Positions 12,401 through 25,169 of a stretch of 64,000 bases of DNA are shown one piece after another (the first letter of the stretch is position 1; each line of letters begins with the position of its first letter). A model generated the notes under the pieces. That model did not search any database. It was not told the DNA's origin and worked only from the letters and a program-made list of their open reading frames with translations. Origin of the DNA: the human T2T-CHM13v2.0 reference genome, Homo sapiens. A program made the position numbers and the translations under genes. The stretch lies in NCBI RefSeq assembly GCF_009914755.1, contig NC_060933.1; one strand, given 5' to 3'.

Positions 12401-15400
12401 TTCAATTTCATTTAGTTCTGCTCTGATCTTGGTTACTCCCTTTCTGCTGAGTTTGGGTTTGGTTTGTGTTGTTTCTATAGTTCCTTGAGGCATGACCTTA
12501 GATTGTCCTGTTTGTGCTCTTTCAGACTTTTTGATGTAGGCATTTAGGGCAATGAACTTTCTTCTTAGCACCACCTTTGCTGTATCCCAGAGATTTTGAT
12601 AGGTTGTGTCATTTAGTTCAAATGATTTTTTAATTTCCATCTTGATTTTGTTTTTGACCCAATGCTCATTAAAGAGCAGATTATTTAATTTTCATGTATT
12701 TGCATGGTTTCGAGGATTCCTTGTGGAGTTGATTTCCAGTATTATTCCACTGTGGTCTGAGAGAGTGCTTGATATAATTTCAATTTTCTTAAATTTGTTA
12801 AGGCTCATTTTATGGCCTATCATATGGTCCATCTTGGAGAAAGCTCCATGGGCTGTTGAATAGAACGTGTATTCTGTGGTTGTTGGATGAAGTGTTCTGT
12901 ATATATCTGTTAAGTCCTTTTGTTCCAAGGTTTAGTTTAAATCAATTGTTTCTTCGTTAACTTTCTGTCTTGATGACCTGCCTTGTGCTGTCAGTGGAGT
13001 ATTGAAGTCCCCCACTATTATTGTGTTGCTATCTATCTCATTTCTTAGGTCTATTAGTAATTGTTTTATATATTTGGGAGCTCCAGTGTTAGGTGCATAT
13101 ATGTTTAGGACTGTAATATTTTCCGGTAGGACAAGGCCTTTTACCATAATCACTGTTGCTTCAAAGTTTGTTTTGTCTGATATAAGAATAGCTATCCCTG
13201 CTCGCTTTTGGTGTACATTTGCATGAAATGCCTTTTTCCATCCCTTTAAGTTTATGTGAGTCCTTATGTGTTAGGTGAGTCTGCTGAAGGCAGTGGATAG
13301 TGAGTTCTTATCCAGTCTGCAATTCTGTATCTTTTAAGTGGACCATTTAGGCCATTTACTTTCAATGTTAGTATTGAAATGTGAAGTACTGTTGCATTCA
13401 TCATACTGTTTGTTGCCTGCATGCTTTGTTTTTTGTGTTTTCTTTTTAACTTGTACTTTTTTAATGGGTGCTGTGTGCTTTATGCTTTAAAGACATTCTA
13501 TTTTGATGTGTTTCCAAGATTTTTTTCAAGATTTAGAGCTCCTTTTAGCAGTTTTTATAGTGGTGACTTGGTTATGGCAAATTCTTTCAGCACTTGTTTA
13601 TCTGAAAACAACTCTATCTTTTTTCTTATGTGATGCTTAGTTTCACTGGATACAAAATTCTTGGCTGAAGGTTGTTTTGTTTGAGGAGGTTGAAGATAGG
13701 GCCTCAATCCCTTCTAGCTTGTAGGGTTTCTGCTGAGAAGTCGGCTGTTAATTTGTTAGGTTTTCCTTTATAGGTTATCTGGCACTTCGTTTTCACAGCT
13801 CTTAAGATTCTTTCCTTCATCTTAACTTTGGATAACCTGATTACAATATGCCTAGGCAAAGATCTTTGTGCGATGAATTTCCCAGGTGTTCTTTGTGCTT
13901 CTTGTATGTGCATGTCTAGGTCTCTCACAAGGTTGGGGAAGTTTTCCTTGATTATTCCCCCAAATATGTTTTCCAAGCTTTTGGAATTGTCTTCTTCCTC
14001 AGGAACACCAATTCTTCTTAGGTTTGGTCATGTAATGTCTTGGAGGCTTTGTTCATATTTTCTTATGTTTTTTTTTTTTTTTGTCTTTGTTGGATTGGGT
14101 TAGTTCAAAGACCTTGTCTTCGAGATCTGAATTTCTTTCTTCTACTTGTTCAATTCTATTGCTGAGACTTTCCAGAGCATTTCACATTTCTAAAAGTGTG
14201 CCAAAGTTTCCTGAATTTTTTATTTTTATTTTTTTTTCTTAAGCTATCTATTTTGTTGGATATTTCTCCCTTCACTTCTTGTATCAGTTTTTGGACTTCC
14301 TTGCATTGGGCTTCACCCTTCTCTGGTCCCTCCCTGATAAGCTTAATAACTAACCTCCTGAATAATTTTTCAGATTAGCCAGGGATTTCTTCTTGGTTTG
14401 GATCCACTGTGGGTGATTTTTGAGGGGTGTTGATGAGCCTTGTTTTGTCATATTACTAGGGTTGGTTTTCTGATTCCTTCCCATTTAGGCAGTCTCTTTC
14501 AGAGGGAAGGTCTAGGGCTGAAGGCTGTTGTTCGAATTTTTTTGTCCCACGAGGTATTCCCTTTATGTACTACTCACCCCCTTTTCCTGTGTTTGTGGCT
14601 TCCTGTGAGCCGAACTGCAGTGATTGTTGTCTCTCTTCTGGGTCTAGCCATTCAGCGAGGCTACCCAGCTCCTGGCTGGTGCTGGGAGTTTCTGTACAGA
14701 GTCCTGTGATGTGAACTGTCTATGGGTCTCTCAGCCACGGATACTAGCGCCTGTGCAGGTGGAGGTGGCAGAGGGTTCAATGGGCTCCATGAGGATTCTT
14801 AGCTTTGTTGGTTTAATGTTCTATTTTTGTGCTGGTTGACCCCCTGCCAGGAGTTGGCGCTTTCCAGAAAGCATCAGCTGTAGTAATGTGAAGAGGGACT
14901 GGTGGTGGGCGGGGCCCTAGAACTCCCAAGATTATATATCCTCTGTCTTCTGCTACCAGGGTAGATAGGGAAGGACCATCAGGTGGCAGTGGGGCTAGGC
15001 GTGTCTGAGCTTAGACTCTCCTTGGGCTGGTCTTGCTGTGGCTGCCATGGGGATGGGGGTGAGATTCCTCTGTCACCAGAGTTGTGTACCTAGGAGGATT
15101 ATGGCTGTCTCTGCTGAGTCATGCAGGTTGTCACGGAAGTGGGGAAAAGCCAGCAGCCACAGGCCTCACCCAACTCCCACGCAAACCAAAGGGCTAGTCT
15201 CACTCCCACTGTGCCATCCACAACAGCACCGAGTCTGTTTCCAGGTGGAGGGTGGGCTTGAAAATTTGCCCAAGGCTTTCCGCCTCCCACCTGGGAAAGG
15301 AAAGGGCTTTAGTTCTTTCCCCACCTGTGAATTCTGCAAGCTGGATTCACACCCTACCCCACGTTCTGGCCAGGAGGCTTCTAGCCTCGCTCAAATTGTT

Positions 15401-15920
15401 ACAAAGTTGTTACAAAGTTCAGCTAGGGAAGTCCTTCTCCTCCTGGGGGTTTTACCTTATGCTCCTCTGGCCTCCCTCCTGATGGATTCCTGTGGTTCCA
15501 GGCAGGAATGGGCTGCCTGGGGATTCAGCGAGCTTCCAGGGCCTGCCTGCTGCCTCCTCCACCCCTTGTATTTTGCTCAGCTCGGCTCTCCATCTTGACT
15601 CAGCTCCAGGTAAAGTCGGGAACGTCTCCTGCAAACGGACACTTTCAGCTTCTCCACTGGGGATGTGTGTTCCTGTTCGAGAAAGAAGGGTCTCCCTTTC
15701 CCACTTCCACAGTTGGGGCACTCACGGTATTTGAGGTGTCTCCTGGGTCCTGCAGGAGCAGTCCGCTTCCTTCAGAGGGCCTGTGGGTCCTCTCAGAATT
15801 GGTAGTTTGTTCTTGCAGTCAATCTGGAGCTAAAATTCACAATGCAAGCCTCTCTATGCTGCTCTATCTGGAGCTGCAATCTAGTCCTGCCTCCCGTCCA
15901 CCATGATCTGCAGAAGTCCC
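9439..15920 (-). mobile_element. Full-length L1PB (L1PB1-like 3' end, L1PBa-type 5' UTR); ORF1 and ORF2 disrupted
   Basis: TSD CCACTACAATATTTTAA at 9422-9438 and 15921-15937; ORF2 fragments ([40 protein letters not shown]) and ORF1 fragment (RHIVIRLSKVKMKERILRA) on the minus strand. Confidence 0.95.
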
Positions 15921-16524
15921 CCACTACAATATTTTAAAAAGAAGTATATTTGGTACACAAAGACAGAAGGTAAAATAGAACCATATGAAAATGCTCAGTT
16001 AAAATCGGAGAAGGCTGTAAAAGAGGAGATAAGAAACCAAGAACAAATGCAACAAATGGAAAACAGTTACACGCGTGGTAGATATTAATCTATGTTTTAA
16101 TCACTTTAAATGTAAATAATCTAAACACAGCAATTAAAAGCAAGGTAATCTCATAATGGAGAAACAAGACCCAACTTCTGTTGTCCTCAAAAAGGAAAAC
16201 AAAATAAAACTCTAAAGAATCAGCTATGTTAAAAGAAAAAATATTGAGAAAGATGTGCCATGCTAACTCTAATCAAAAGAAACCTAGACTAGCTAAATTA
16301 ATTTTAGACAAGACAGGCTTCAGAGCAAAGGATATTATCAGGGATTAAAAAAAAGGTCAATTTGATAATGATAACAACTATACAAGAAGATGATATATAA
16401 ATTATATTATTAAAAGATAAATATATAAAATTATATAATTTATATATGTTATATATAACTAGATTTATATTTTATATAATTATATAAACAGCCCAGCTTA
16501 CCTCAAATTTAAATTGTATCAAAT

Positions 16525-17531
16525 TTAGCTTAAACAATGCAAACATGTTATCTTATAGTTCTTAGGTCCAAAGTCTGACACAGGTCACACTAGGATGAAT
16601 TCAAGAGCTTAACAGGGCTGTGTTTCTTTCTAGCTCTAGGTGAGATAGTTTTTCCACACATTTTTATATCCTAGAAACATCCTGTATTTCATGGGTCATG
16701 TCTCTCTTTCTCCGTCTTCAAAGCTAATAAAGGCAAGGAGAGTCCATCTCATATGTCAACACTCTGATCTCACTCACTCAATTAAAAATAAAATCCTAAG
16801 CACCCCAACTGACTGAAGGGACCCCCTCTTGGCCAAAGGGACCCAAGAAAAACCTTAAAAACTAAATGTCCAGCCATGACTGGAGGGAGGTAGGACTTGT
16901 CTTGTTACACCCACTCCTTTTTGGAGTTTAGGCACAACTGACCAGCATTTAAGCATTCCTTTGTACTTACTTCAAGCCTTTAGACAAAGCTTAACACTTT
17001 GAAGAAACTGCAAATTAAAGAAACTGTGACTCCACCTACAACCTGTAAACTCTTGCTTCAAGGTATCCCACCTTGTGGGGCTGAATCAATGTATATCTTC
17101 CATGTACTAATTTATAGTTTTTCCTACAATTCCTGTCTCCCTAAAATCTATAAAACCAAACTGCACTTTGACTACCTCAGGATCACTTATTGAAGGCTTC
17201 TCGGGTTTATCCTTTTTTCTAGGCTGTGGTCACTCATATTGGCTCAGAATAAACCTCTTTATTTTCAAAGTTTGGGTTTTTCATTAACACTTTTGTAATC
17301 ACGTTTCCTATCTAACCATGAACGCTTCTGCCCCTGCCTTTAACTCTTAGGTGCACTTGTGATTACATTAGGTCCATCTGGGTAATCTAGGAATCGTCTC
17401 CTCATTTTTAGGCCAGCTGTTAGCAACCTTAATTCTACCTGCAAGCTTAATGTTCCTTTTCCAAGAAAGGTAACATATTCACAAGTTCAAAAAATTAGGA
17501 CATGAGCATCTTTGGGGGTCTGCTGACTACA
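16525..17531 (-). mobile_element. MLT1 (MLT1E-like) MaLR LTR split by a MER4-group LTR
   Basis: CTTGTGATTACATTAGGTCCATCTGGGTAATCTAGG and TTAGCAACCTTAATTC motifs; left end approximate. Confidence 0.7.
16779..17289 (+). mobile_element. MER4-group ERV1 solo LTR
   Basis: AAAATAAAATCCTAAGCACCCCAACTGACTGAAGGGACCCC start; GGTCACTCATATTGGCTCAGAATAAACCTCTTT..TTAACA end. Confidence 0.75.
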
Positions 17532-18470
17532 GTTTATCCTCAGTCCCCCAAAGATCAATGTCTTTTTTACATGCAAAATATATTTACCTCAACCCGTGGT
17601 TCCTGAAATTCTCCACCTATTACTGCATCAACTTGGTGTAAAACAAGGTCATCAAGACAACAGTTCCAAAACTCATTATCTATATCGTCTAAGTTAGGTG
17701 TGAGTGAGGCTTTGGGGACTTGTGAAATGAAACAACTCACCTGCTCAGAAAATACAATGGTGGAACAAACATAGAATAACATACATTTCTGGTCAAAAAG
17801 GGAGAAAATGGAACAATAAATGAAGTCACCTGTTTAAAGCAACTTCAAAATTTTCCCTGACACACTGTATTTGGTTTTAAGGCCTGGGACTGAAACTTTG
17901 GGGATCATATATCCATTTTCATAAGAGGTAGCATGTTTTTGCATGTAAGTAGTGTTACTAGCTGCTTTCCAGCCTGTGGAATTTTAGGGACCCAAGGGAT
18001 TTTTTAAAATTTCATTCTCCTTCTGTTGCTTTCAGTTCAAACTGGCAGCATCTTTGTTTGTATAACATTCTCAAGCACGCTGTGAGTCACTGGGGTATAT
18101 CAAGAAGATTCACTTTATTAGACAAATCCCTAGTCCTGGCTTCTGCTTGGATGACAATCTCTAAGTCACATGGTTAATCTCTTCAAAGAGACATTGATGT
18201 GACTGAATACTCTGTTTTTCATACTTCTGAAACATTAGCAAAATGTTGTCTCTCAAATTCGCTCCAAAACTTGTTTTTCTGACTGTAATTATCTGGAATC
18301 TGAATGGCTAATTTCCCTAATAATTAAGTTCTGGTTCTTACTTGCTTAACAGTTCTTCCCTCGAACTACCTTTCTTCTCACATTTTAAAATAAACAGTAT
18401 ACATCTCCCAACGTTTACCGGGAATTCTCTTTGCATAAATATCAAAACTTACAAGCTTTGCTCTTCAAAT
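17532..18470 (-). mobile_element. MLT1 internal (MaLR-int) relic
   Basis: Directly abuts the MLT1 LTR terminus; resembles MaLR internal sequence; right limit approximate. Confidence 0.5.
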
Positions 18471-18489
18471 ATAATTTTTCTTGAGAGCA

Positions 18490-18947
18490 GGCTTTTGTTA
18501 ATGGGAATACAATGTTCTGCATTTCCCAATGACTACTTCTAACCTCCCCATGCTAGAGGCATGAAGAGATTGTTTTTTCCTAATCTTCTCTCTGAGAACC
18601 TGGTGGATTTCAAGGTAAACCTTATAAAAGTGTGCCTCTTGCCCCATTCCCCAAGACTCAGTCTTAGTGATTTTGAGATCATCCACACTGAGCCTCCTTC
18701 AATTTGTCAATCATAACTCAACGTTTCTATTAGTACAGGCTCTACTGCTGGGCTTCTGCTCTTAGTAAACTGTGATTCTCTATACTGCTTGTCCCTACAA
18801 CTTTGGGGACAGCAGCTTGCTTTGTGACCTCAATTCTCTGATGGATCTAAGAAGGGTTGTTGATTTTCAGATTCAGCTTATTTTTTTTTTTTATTATGAG
18901 CGCAGAAGCAACAAATTCCAAGCTTTTACATGGAAACTGGAAGTGCC
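18490..18947 (-). mobile_element. Old L1M 5' end fragment
   Basis: TTGTGACCTCAATTCTCTGATGGATCTAAGAAGGGTTGTTGATTTTCAG..GGAAACTGGAAGT resembles the reverse of L1MC/L1M4 5' termini. Confidence 0.55.
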
Positions 18948-18956
18948 CTGAATTCA

Positions 18957-19091
18957 TTTTTTTTTTCTTTTTTAGTAGAGATGGGGTTTCACCGTGTTAG
19001 CCAGGATGGTCTCGATCTGCTGGCCTCGTAATCAGCCCATGTTGGCCTCCCAAAGTGCTGGGATTACAGGTGTGAGCCACCGCGCCCGGCC
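18957..19091 (-). mobile_element. Alu left monomer only, with AluY-type diagnostics
   Basis: CACCGTGTTAGCCAGGATGGTCTCGATC; TSD CTGAATTCA 18948-18956/19092-19100. Confidence 0.9.
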
Positions 19092-19289
19092 CTGAATTCA
19101 GTTTTTTTCATAGCATTTCTGTTTTACCTCACAATAGTGCATAGGCTTACCTGTGCAATATCACTTGATCAGATTACTTACAATTTTCAACAGTATCAAC
19201 CCAGAATATACAGAAATAAATACCTTTTCCTAAAAGAATTAGATTACCATATGAAACGAATTTTTCAGTCCCTTTTCCATTATTTTTAA

Positions 19290-19603
19290 TTTTTGTTTTA
19301 TTTATTTATTTATTTATTTGGAGTTGGAGTCTCACTCTGTCACCCAGGCTAGAGTGCAGTGGCATGATCTAGGCTCACTGCAACCTCCACTTCCCGGGTT
19401 CAAGTGGATTCTCCTGCCTCAGTCTCCCAAGTACCTGGGACTACAGGCACGTGCCACCACGCCCAGCTAATTTTTGTATTTTTAGTAGAGACAGGGTTTT
19501 GCCATGTTGGCCAGGCTGGTCTCAAACTCCTGATGTCAGGGGATCTGCCTGCCTTGGCCTCCCAAAGTGCTGGGATTATAGGTGTAAGCCACCACACCTG
19601 GCC
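19290..19603 (-). mobile_element. AluS (Sx/Sz-like), full length
   Basis: Dimeric Alu with (TTTA)n tail; TSD TCCATTATTTTTAA/TCTGTTATTTTTAA. Confidence 0.95.
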
Positions 19604-20421
19604 TCTGTTATTTTTAATAACTTTCTATTTTGCAGTAATCGTAGAGATCACAAATAGTCGCCATCACTACACATGATGAAGTTGCATTATGGACAGTGTC
19701 TTACTGTTTTAATTTATAGTGGTGCACAAAGTGCTTTTCTCAACATTGGAATAAAAAGCCAATAATATGGAGTTTCTGCCTTCGTGTGAACCTAATTCTG
19801 GTAAAGGAGATAAATTTTTGCAGCTGCAAAAGTATTAAAATGTGGTAGGTGAGGAATAATAATGGCAAAGTTTCTGTATTGGAAAATTAGCACCATGGCG
19901 CATAAGTTGGAATTTATTACCAGGTATGTGGGAGAAAAAAGAAAACAAAAAGCACAGATAATTTGTAAAAATAAAGATATTTTCCTGAGGATAGAAGAAT
20001 CCAGTAGAGATATTCCTACGTTGAGTCTAATTCAAATCAAGATGGATAAAGTAGGTTAAGTAGAAATGACAGATCCCCTCAGAAAAATCAACAAATTAGC
20101 TTTGTACTGATGATATAAGAAGAGCCTGGGTCAAATAAGTCATCCCGAAATAGGCAGTAATTCAATAGTTCCAGAAAAAGATCCATCCTGTGAGACTTGA
20201 AAGATGACAGTTTGAAGGGTTGAGAGGCTTTAAACTAAGCAATTTGGGCTGCGATCATAATAGATTCAAATGTAAAAACAAAGAGGGAGAGTGTAGTGAA
20301 AAGGAGAATATTGTCAGAAATCTGTAAACAGTCTACTTTCCATAATAACAATGTAAGGTGCCATGAATTAATATGAATAGTGTCTGGAAGGATGGGACTC
20401 ACACCAGTGGTCTACAGTAGA

Positions 20422-20789
20422 CAGATGGTCCCTGACATAATGATAAATTTTCAACTTTATGATGGTACAAAAGCAATATTTATTCAGTAAAAACTTTACT
20501 TATAATTTTGATTTTTGATCTTTTCTTGGGCTAGTGATATGGAGCATGATACTCTGTTGTGATGTTGGGCAGCAGTCGTGAGCCACAGCTCCCAGTCAGT
20601 CATGGGATCCCAAGATGAGTCTACAGGTGGTTTTGCCCAAATGGAGACAAATGTAAGTATTCTGAGCACATTTAAAGTAGGTTAGGCCAAGCTATGGGGT
20701 TTGATAGGTTAGGTGTATTAAATGCATTTTTGGCTTAGAATAATTTAAATTTGTGATGTTTATCTAGATTGCTAGTCAATGTGTATCTG
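20422..20789 (-). mobile_element. MER47/Tigger5-type DNA transposon
   Basis: CAGATGGTCCCTGAC...ATCTG termini; TTAGGTGTATTAAATGCATTTT and TCTGAGCACATTTAAAGTAGGTTAGGC motifs. Confidence 0.75.
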
Positions 20790-20818
20790 TATTCTGAAAC
20801 ACAGAGAAGACATGTTTT

Positions 20819-21266
20819 GTTGTTGTTATTTTGTATTTAATTTTGTTCTACATGCCGGGGTACACGCACAGGATGTCCAGGTTTGTTACATAGGTAGATG
20901 TGTGCCATGGTGGTTTGCTGCACCTATCAACCCATCACCTAGATATTAAGCCCACCATCCATTAGCTATTTATCCTGATGCTCTCTCTCCCCCTGCTCCA
21001 CCTTCCCAACAGGCCCCATTGTGTGTTGTCCCCCTCCCTGTGTCCATGTGTTCTCATTGTTCAGCTCCAATTATAAGTGGGAGCATGCGGTGTTTGGTTT
21101 TCTGTTCCTGTGTTAGCTTGCTAAGGATAATGGCTTCCAGCTCCATCCATGTCCCTGCAAAGGACATGATCTCATTCCTTTTTATGGCTGCATAGTATTC
21201 CATGGTGTATCCATATCACATATTCTTCATCCAATCTATCATTGATGGCCATTTAGGTTGATTTGC
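20819..21266 (-). mobile_element. 5'-truncated L1PA (L1PA8-10-like) 3' end
   Basis: L1PA 3' UTR; TSD AGAAGACATGTTTT 20805-20818/21267-21280. Confidence 0.9.
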
Positions 21267-22204
21267 AGAAGACATGTTTTTCATTAATTTTACAGCAAGA
21301 AGATAGAGGAAAAGAAAGGCTAGCCATTTGGAGCAGGTGGTATAATATTAATGAAAGACTAAGAATAATTGGGACGATTTGAAAGCAAGGCAACCTCAAT
21401 ATGAGCATCCTGCAATCTCATAAAACAGTTACATAGCTAGTTATAATTTTTTTAAGTTGACAATAGAGTAGTTGATGATACTCATTACATTTCAAAGTAA
21501 ACTTCAGTCACAGTGAATGCCTAATAGTTTCAAATGTATGTGTGCTTGTGTGGCATAATGCTGGTTTGCCTGTATATACTTTGGTTCTTGATTTCTGGTT
21601 GTTCCTGTTGTTGTTATTGTTGCTGTTGTTCTTTTATATTCACCACGGAAGCTAAACTCAGTGGTGTGTAAGTTAGGGTTTTTCTGTGGACCAATTTGTT
21701 GTTAGTTCTTGCTTTAGTGTCTGAATAATCATAAATTATCAGGGAGTACATGAATATAAATGTAGAATGCGCTACTTCAGGTAATATTTTTACCTTTTAA
21801 AAACTGTCAAACATTGCTTTTTATTTTTATTTGTGTAATAATGCTTAAAATATACTTAAATTTGTGGTCGTTTTTTCAACGGTATTTTTGAAAATAAACT
21901 ACAAAGACTAGGCATTAAAGCAGTTTAGTCTATTTTTCTTTAATGAAATACACATACATTTTAAATATCAAAATCAAACATTAAGAAAGAAATCTTAGAA
22001 TTAACATAGACATGATATTATTGATATATTAATATCTAAATAAGAGCCAATTACTTAGATATAAAATTGCTCTAAACAAATGTAACTGTATCGGATTTTG
22101 TGTCCAAGCTATATTTATTACAGATGATGGAATCCAAACTCAAAGCAGTCATTAAAATCGACTTTTCAAAGTAGAAAAAACTAATTAAATTGTCTATTCT
22201 GTTT

Positions 22205-22312
22205 ACTTTTCCATCCCTCCCCCTCTCCTTTTCCTCTTCTCTTCCTTCTCTACCTCTCTCTTATTTTCTCCCTCCCTTCCTCCTTCCTTCTTTTTTTCCT
22301 AACTTCCTCCTT
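22205..22312. repeat. CT-rich low-complexity tract
   Basis: Direct inspection. Confidence 0.85.
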
Positions 22313-22569
22313 CAGAGGCATCTGCTGCTAAATGGTCATTCTGCTTTTTTATATTCTATGCCCAACCAGTACCCATACGTTTATCTGACTTTGAGAGGAA
22401 AATTTCTGAAAAATACAAGGGAAGAACAGAAGAACATACAAAAGAAAGGAAAGTTTAATGTATGTAGCTCATCCCTTACAAATTAGTGAAAAATTTCTTA
22501 AAACGAGAGTCCCAGATCCACAGTGCATTTTTTGTTTCTCCAATGATCTAAACCCTTATGTTTGCATTT

Positions 22570-23050
22570 TTCTTTTTATTTTGAGGTATAATTTTGACAT
22601 ATTGAAACGTCCACATTTTATGGGTATACATGAATTAGTTTTACTTATATATACATCAGTAATTCTATACACATTGAAGATTAGATGTATAAAACATTAT
22701 GTATATATGTAGTTTTACTTCATTGTGATTTTAAACTGTATTTCCTAGACACATAATGAAGTTTAGCATTTTTGTGTCTGCTTGTTGCTCTTTTGAATGC
22801 GCTCTTCTGTAAACCATCTATTCAAGTGTTTTACCCAATTATTAAATTGTATGCCAATTCTACTTTTCTAATTGATTGGTAGTTTTGTATTGGTTTCTAG
22901 TTGTCTTTGTATAATTTATTCTGAATAAGACTTTGAATATTTACTCCCACTCTGTGACTTCCCTTTCCATGTTTCCAATTTCAACATTGCATAAAAAATA
23001 AATTTACTTTTGTTTCTGTTTTATTATTTAAGATTGTTTACATACACTTC
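22570..23050 (-). mobile_element. Highly degraded L1ME-type fragments
   Basis: TTCATTGTGATTTTAAACTGTATTTCCTAG..CTTCTGTAAACCATCTATTCAAGTGTTTTACCCAATT resembles the reverse of an L1 ORF2 3' region. Confidence 0.5.
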
Positions 23051-25169
23051 TCATGCTTTACTGAGTTAATGTATTATTCATTATTGTGGGAATTAATAAT
23101 ATAAATTTCAACAATGTTTAATATATTCAACAATTATATAAACAGTTCAACATACACAGTTATGCATCACTTCTTATATGTACCTATTTTTAGCTCAACA
23201 CTATTGTGATTTAGCTCAACACTATTGTGTAGGAATCAACTACAGGGAAATTACTCATAAAAGTAGGTCCTTTGCTTTAACTTCAAGAACTGTGCTCCTT
23301 AAATTGATGGAGATACAGGTCTATTTTTTCAATCACTGTATTTCTTAAAAGTAAACTGGAAATATTTCTGAAATGAAGATTCTATGAGTTTTAAAATCTA
23401 GTGTTATTGATTTAAGCAAGAGGTATGAAATGTTTGGAAAGTGCTAGCAAGGAAAATAAGGGTATTTCATAGCTAAAAAAAAAAAAACTACTGATTTATT
23501 ACTTTAATTATACTTTTACAATTAGAAAAAAAAACTGAAAATTTTTGTTTAAATAATTATTCTATTACTAGATTTATTAGTAGATAAACTCCATAAAATG
23601 GTCATGTTAATAACATTACATAAAAGTAAGAATCAATACAAAATTCCCAATGATGTTTGCTTTGTTTCTATTACATTCTCTTGCATTTTCTTTCTTGAGA
23701 AGGCAGAATACACTAGAATAACTGAAACTAAATTATTCATGCTTTCCCTACCTCAGGTAATTTTTCAATAAAATAACTGGAATATATAAACAATGCACAT
23801 AATTTATCTATGAATGGTGATGGGAAGGCAGAATTATTAATAATTTTTAACACCATTTTTTCTGGAGGTTCCAGAAAACTTTCTAGCAGATATAATTATT
23901 CAGCTAATATTTATTCAATTCCTAGTAATTTCAAGGTCTTATGAGAGCAATAAAAATAAAAAGATATTACCTATCTTTTAAAAGATGGGTAGCTAAAAGA
24001 ATAAGATTGTATAAATTATAATATAAAGGGTAGAGTAAGGGAGATACAAACACCCATGCAAAGAGAAAAAGGTACAAACACTACTGCAAGAAGAAATGCA
24101 TTTAGATTACAATGGGGACATTAAAGGGAGAAGCTATCCCAATTTGTTTAGAAAATAGATTCAGCAAAGGAAAGGTTTAACTCATTCATGAAGTGTAGGT
24201 TGGCATTAGGTGGTTGGGTGTAGAGAATAAGATGTTCTAGCTAAGGCAGAGAACATAAGAAAACTCATAAGGGTATGAACAGGGGTGGAATTCTTAGGAA
24301 CTTCCAGTTAATTTGGTATATCAGTGTGCATAAATTTGGGAACAAACAAGGAATGAGTTGGAGGGGTTGTCTGTGGCTGCTCTAGATTTTAGATTGAAGG
24401 AAATAGAGGGTATTATGCATGAATATACATGTTTAGTTTGGAATGTTGATAAGATCACTATGGGCAGTGGTCAATCATGGCAGCAGGGATAATAAATAGA
24501 ATGGTAAATCACTATAGATGCTAAGACTTAGAGCTCATCTTCCCAATTCACATCCTAGGCTTTACAAAAGGCAAAATGATGGACTCTGTTTTCTGGAGCT
24601 CTCCTGCTGACACTATCATTAAAATTTAACTATTTATGTACCCCTGCATACAGAGACAGGTCTATAGGAGTAATTTTAGAAAAAGCCAAAATTCCCATCT
24701 AATTACTGCTCTCCAGAAACATCCTCATATCCATCAGCTTATGTTGTTTTTTCTGGGGACCACTATATACAGGTATCTGAAAAAATGCCACATGCAGGAG
24801 TGATTGATATTAACAAAATATATAACAAAATAATATCAAAATAATGAAAATAATCAGAACAAACATAGAGAAAGGGTGATCATAATAGAGTGACCATAAA
24901 CAGTGAACACAGTCTGAGAAATAAATGCAAAACAGGTAGAAGAGATGACTGAGAGAAGCTTATACTGATAGATCAGTAAAATCCGGACTTGTGCCTCTTT
25001 ATTCTTTTTTATTCAAAAGACAACATACTCAGCTTTACCTGGAATACTTGGACTACCGCATACATTTGTTTCGCCTGTTACTCAGTCTAATTTTCAGAAA
25101 CAGCTAAGAAGAGAATACTCAATACAAATCCATTTGGAAAAGAAGCAGATTAAAAATGCAACATAATTA

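Larger units (their letters stand above)
3010..16390 (+). mobile_element. Ancient L1M (L1MC-like) LINE: 5' UTR, ORF1 and start of ORF2, fragmented by nested insertions
   Basis: Degenerate ORF1-like A-rich sequence resumes across each insertion (e.g. 6100-6724 continues at 9037; 9438 continues at 15938); ORF2 endonuclease-start-like ATCACTTTAAATGTAAATAATCTAAAC at ~16100; outer limits approximate. Confidence 0.7.

Noticed and set aside
15038-15906. 186-aa and 132-aa ORFs antisense to the L1PB 5' UTR (ORF0-like?)
   Set aside because: GC-rich sequence gives overlapping ORFs in several frames; no resemblance to L1PA ORF0 that I can see
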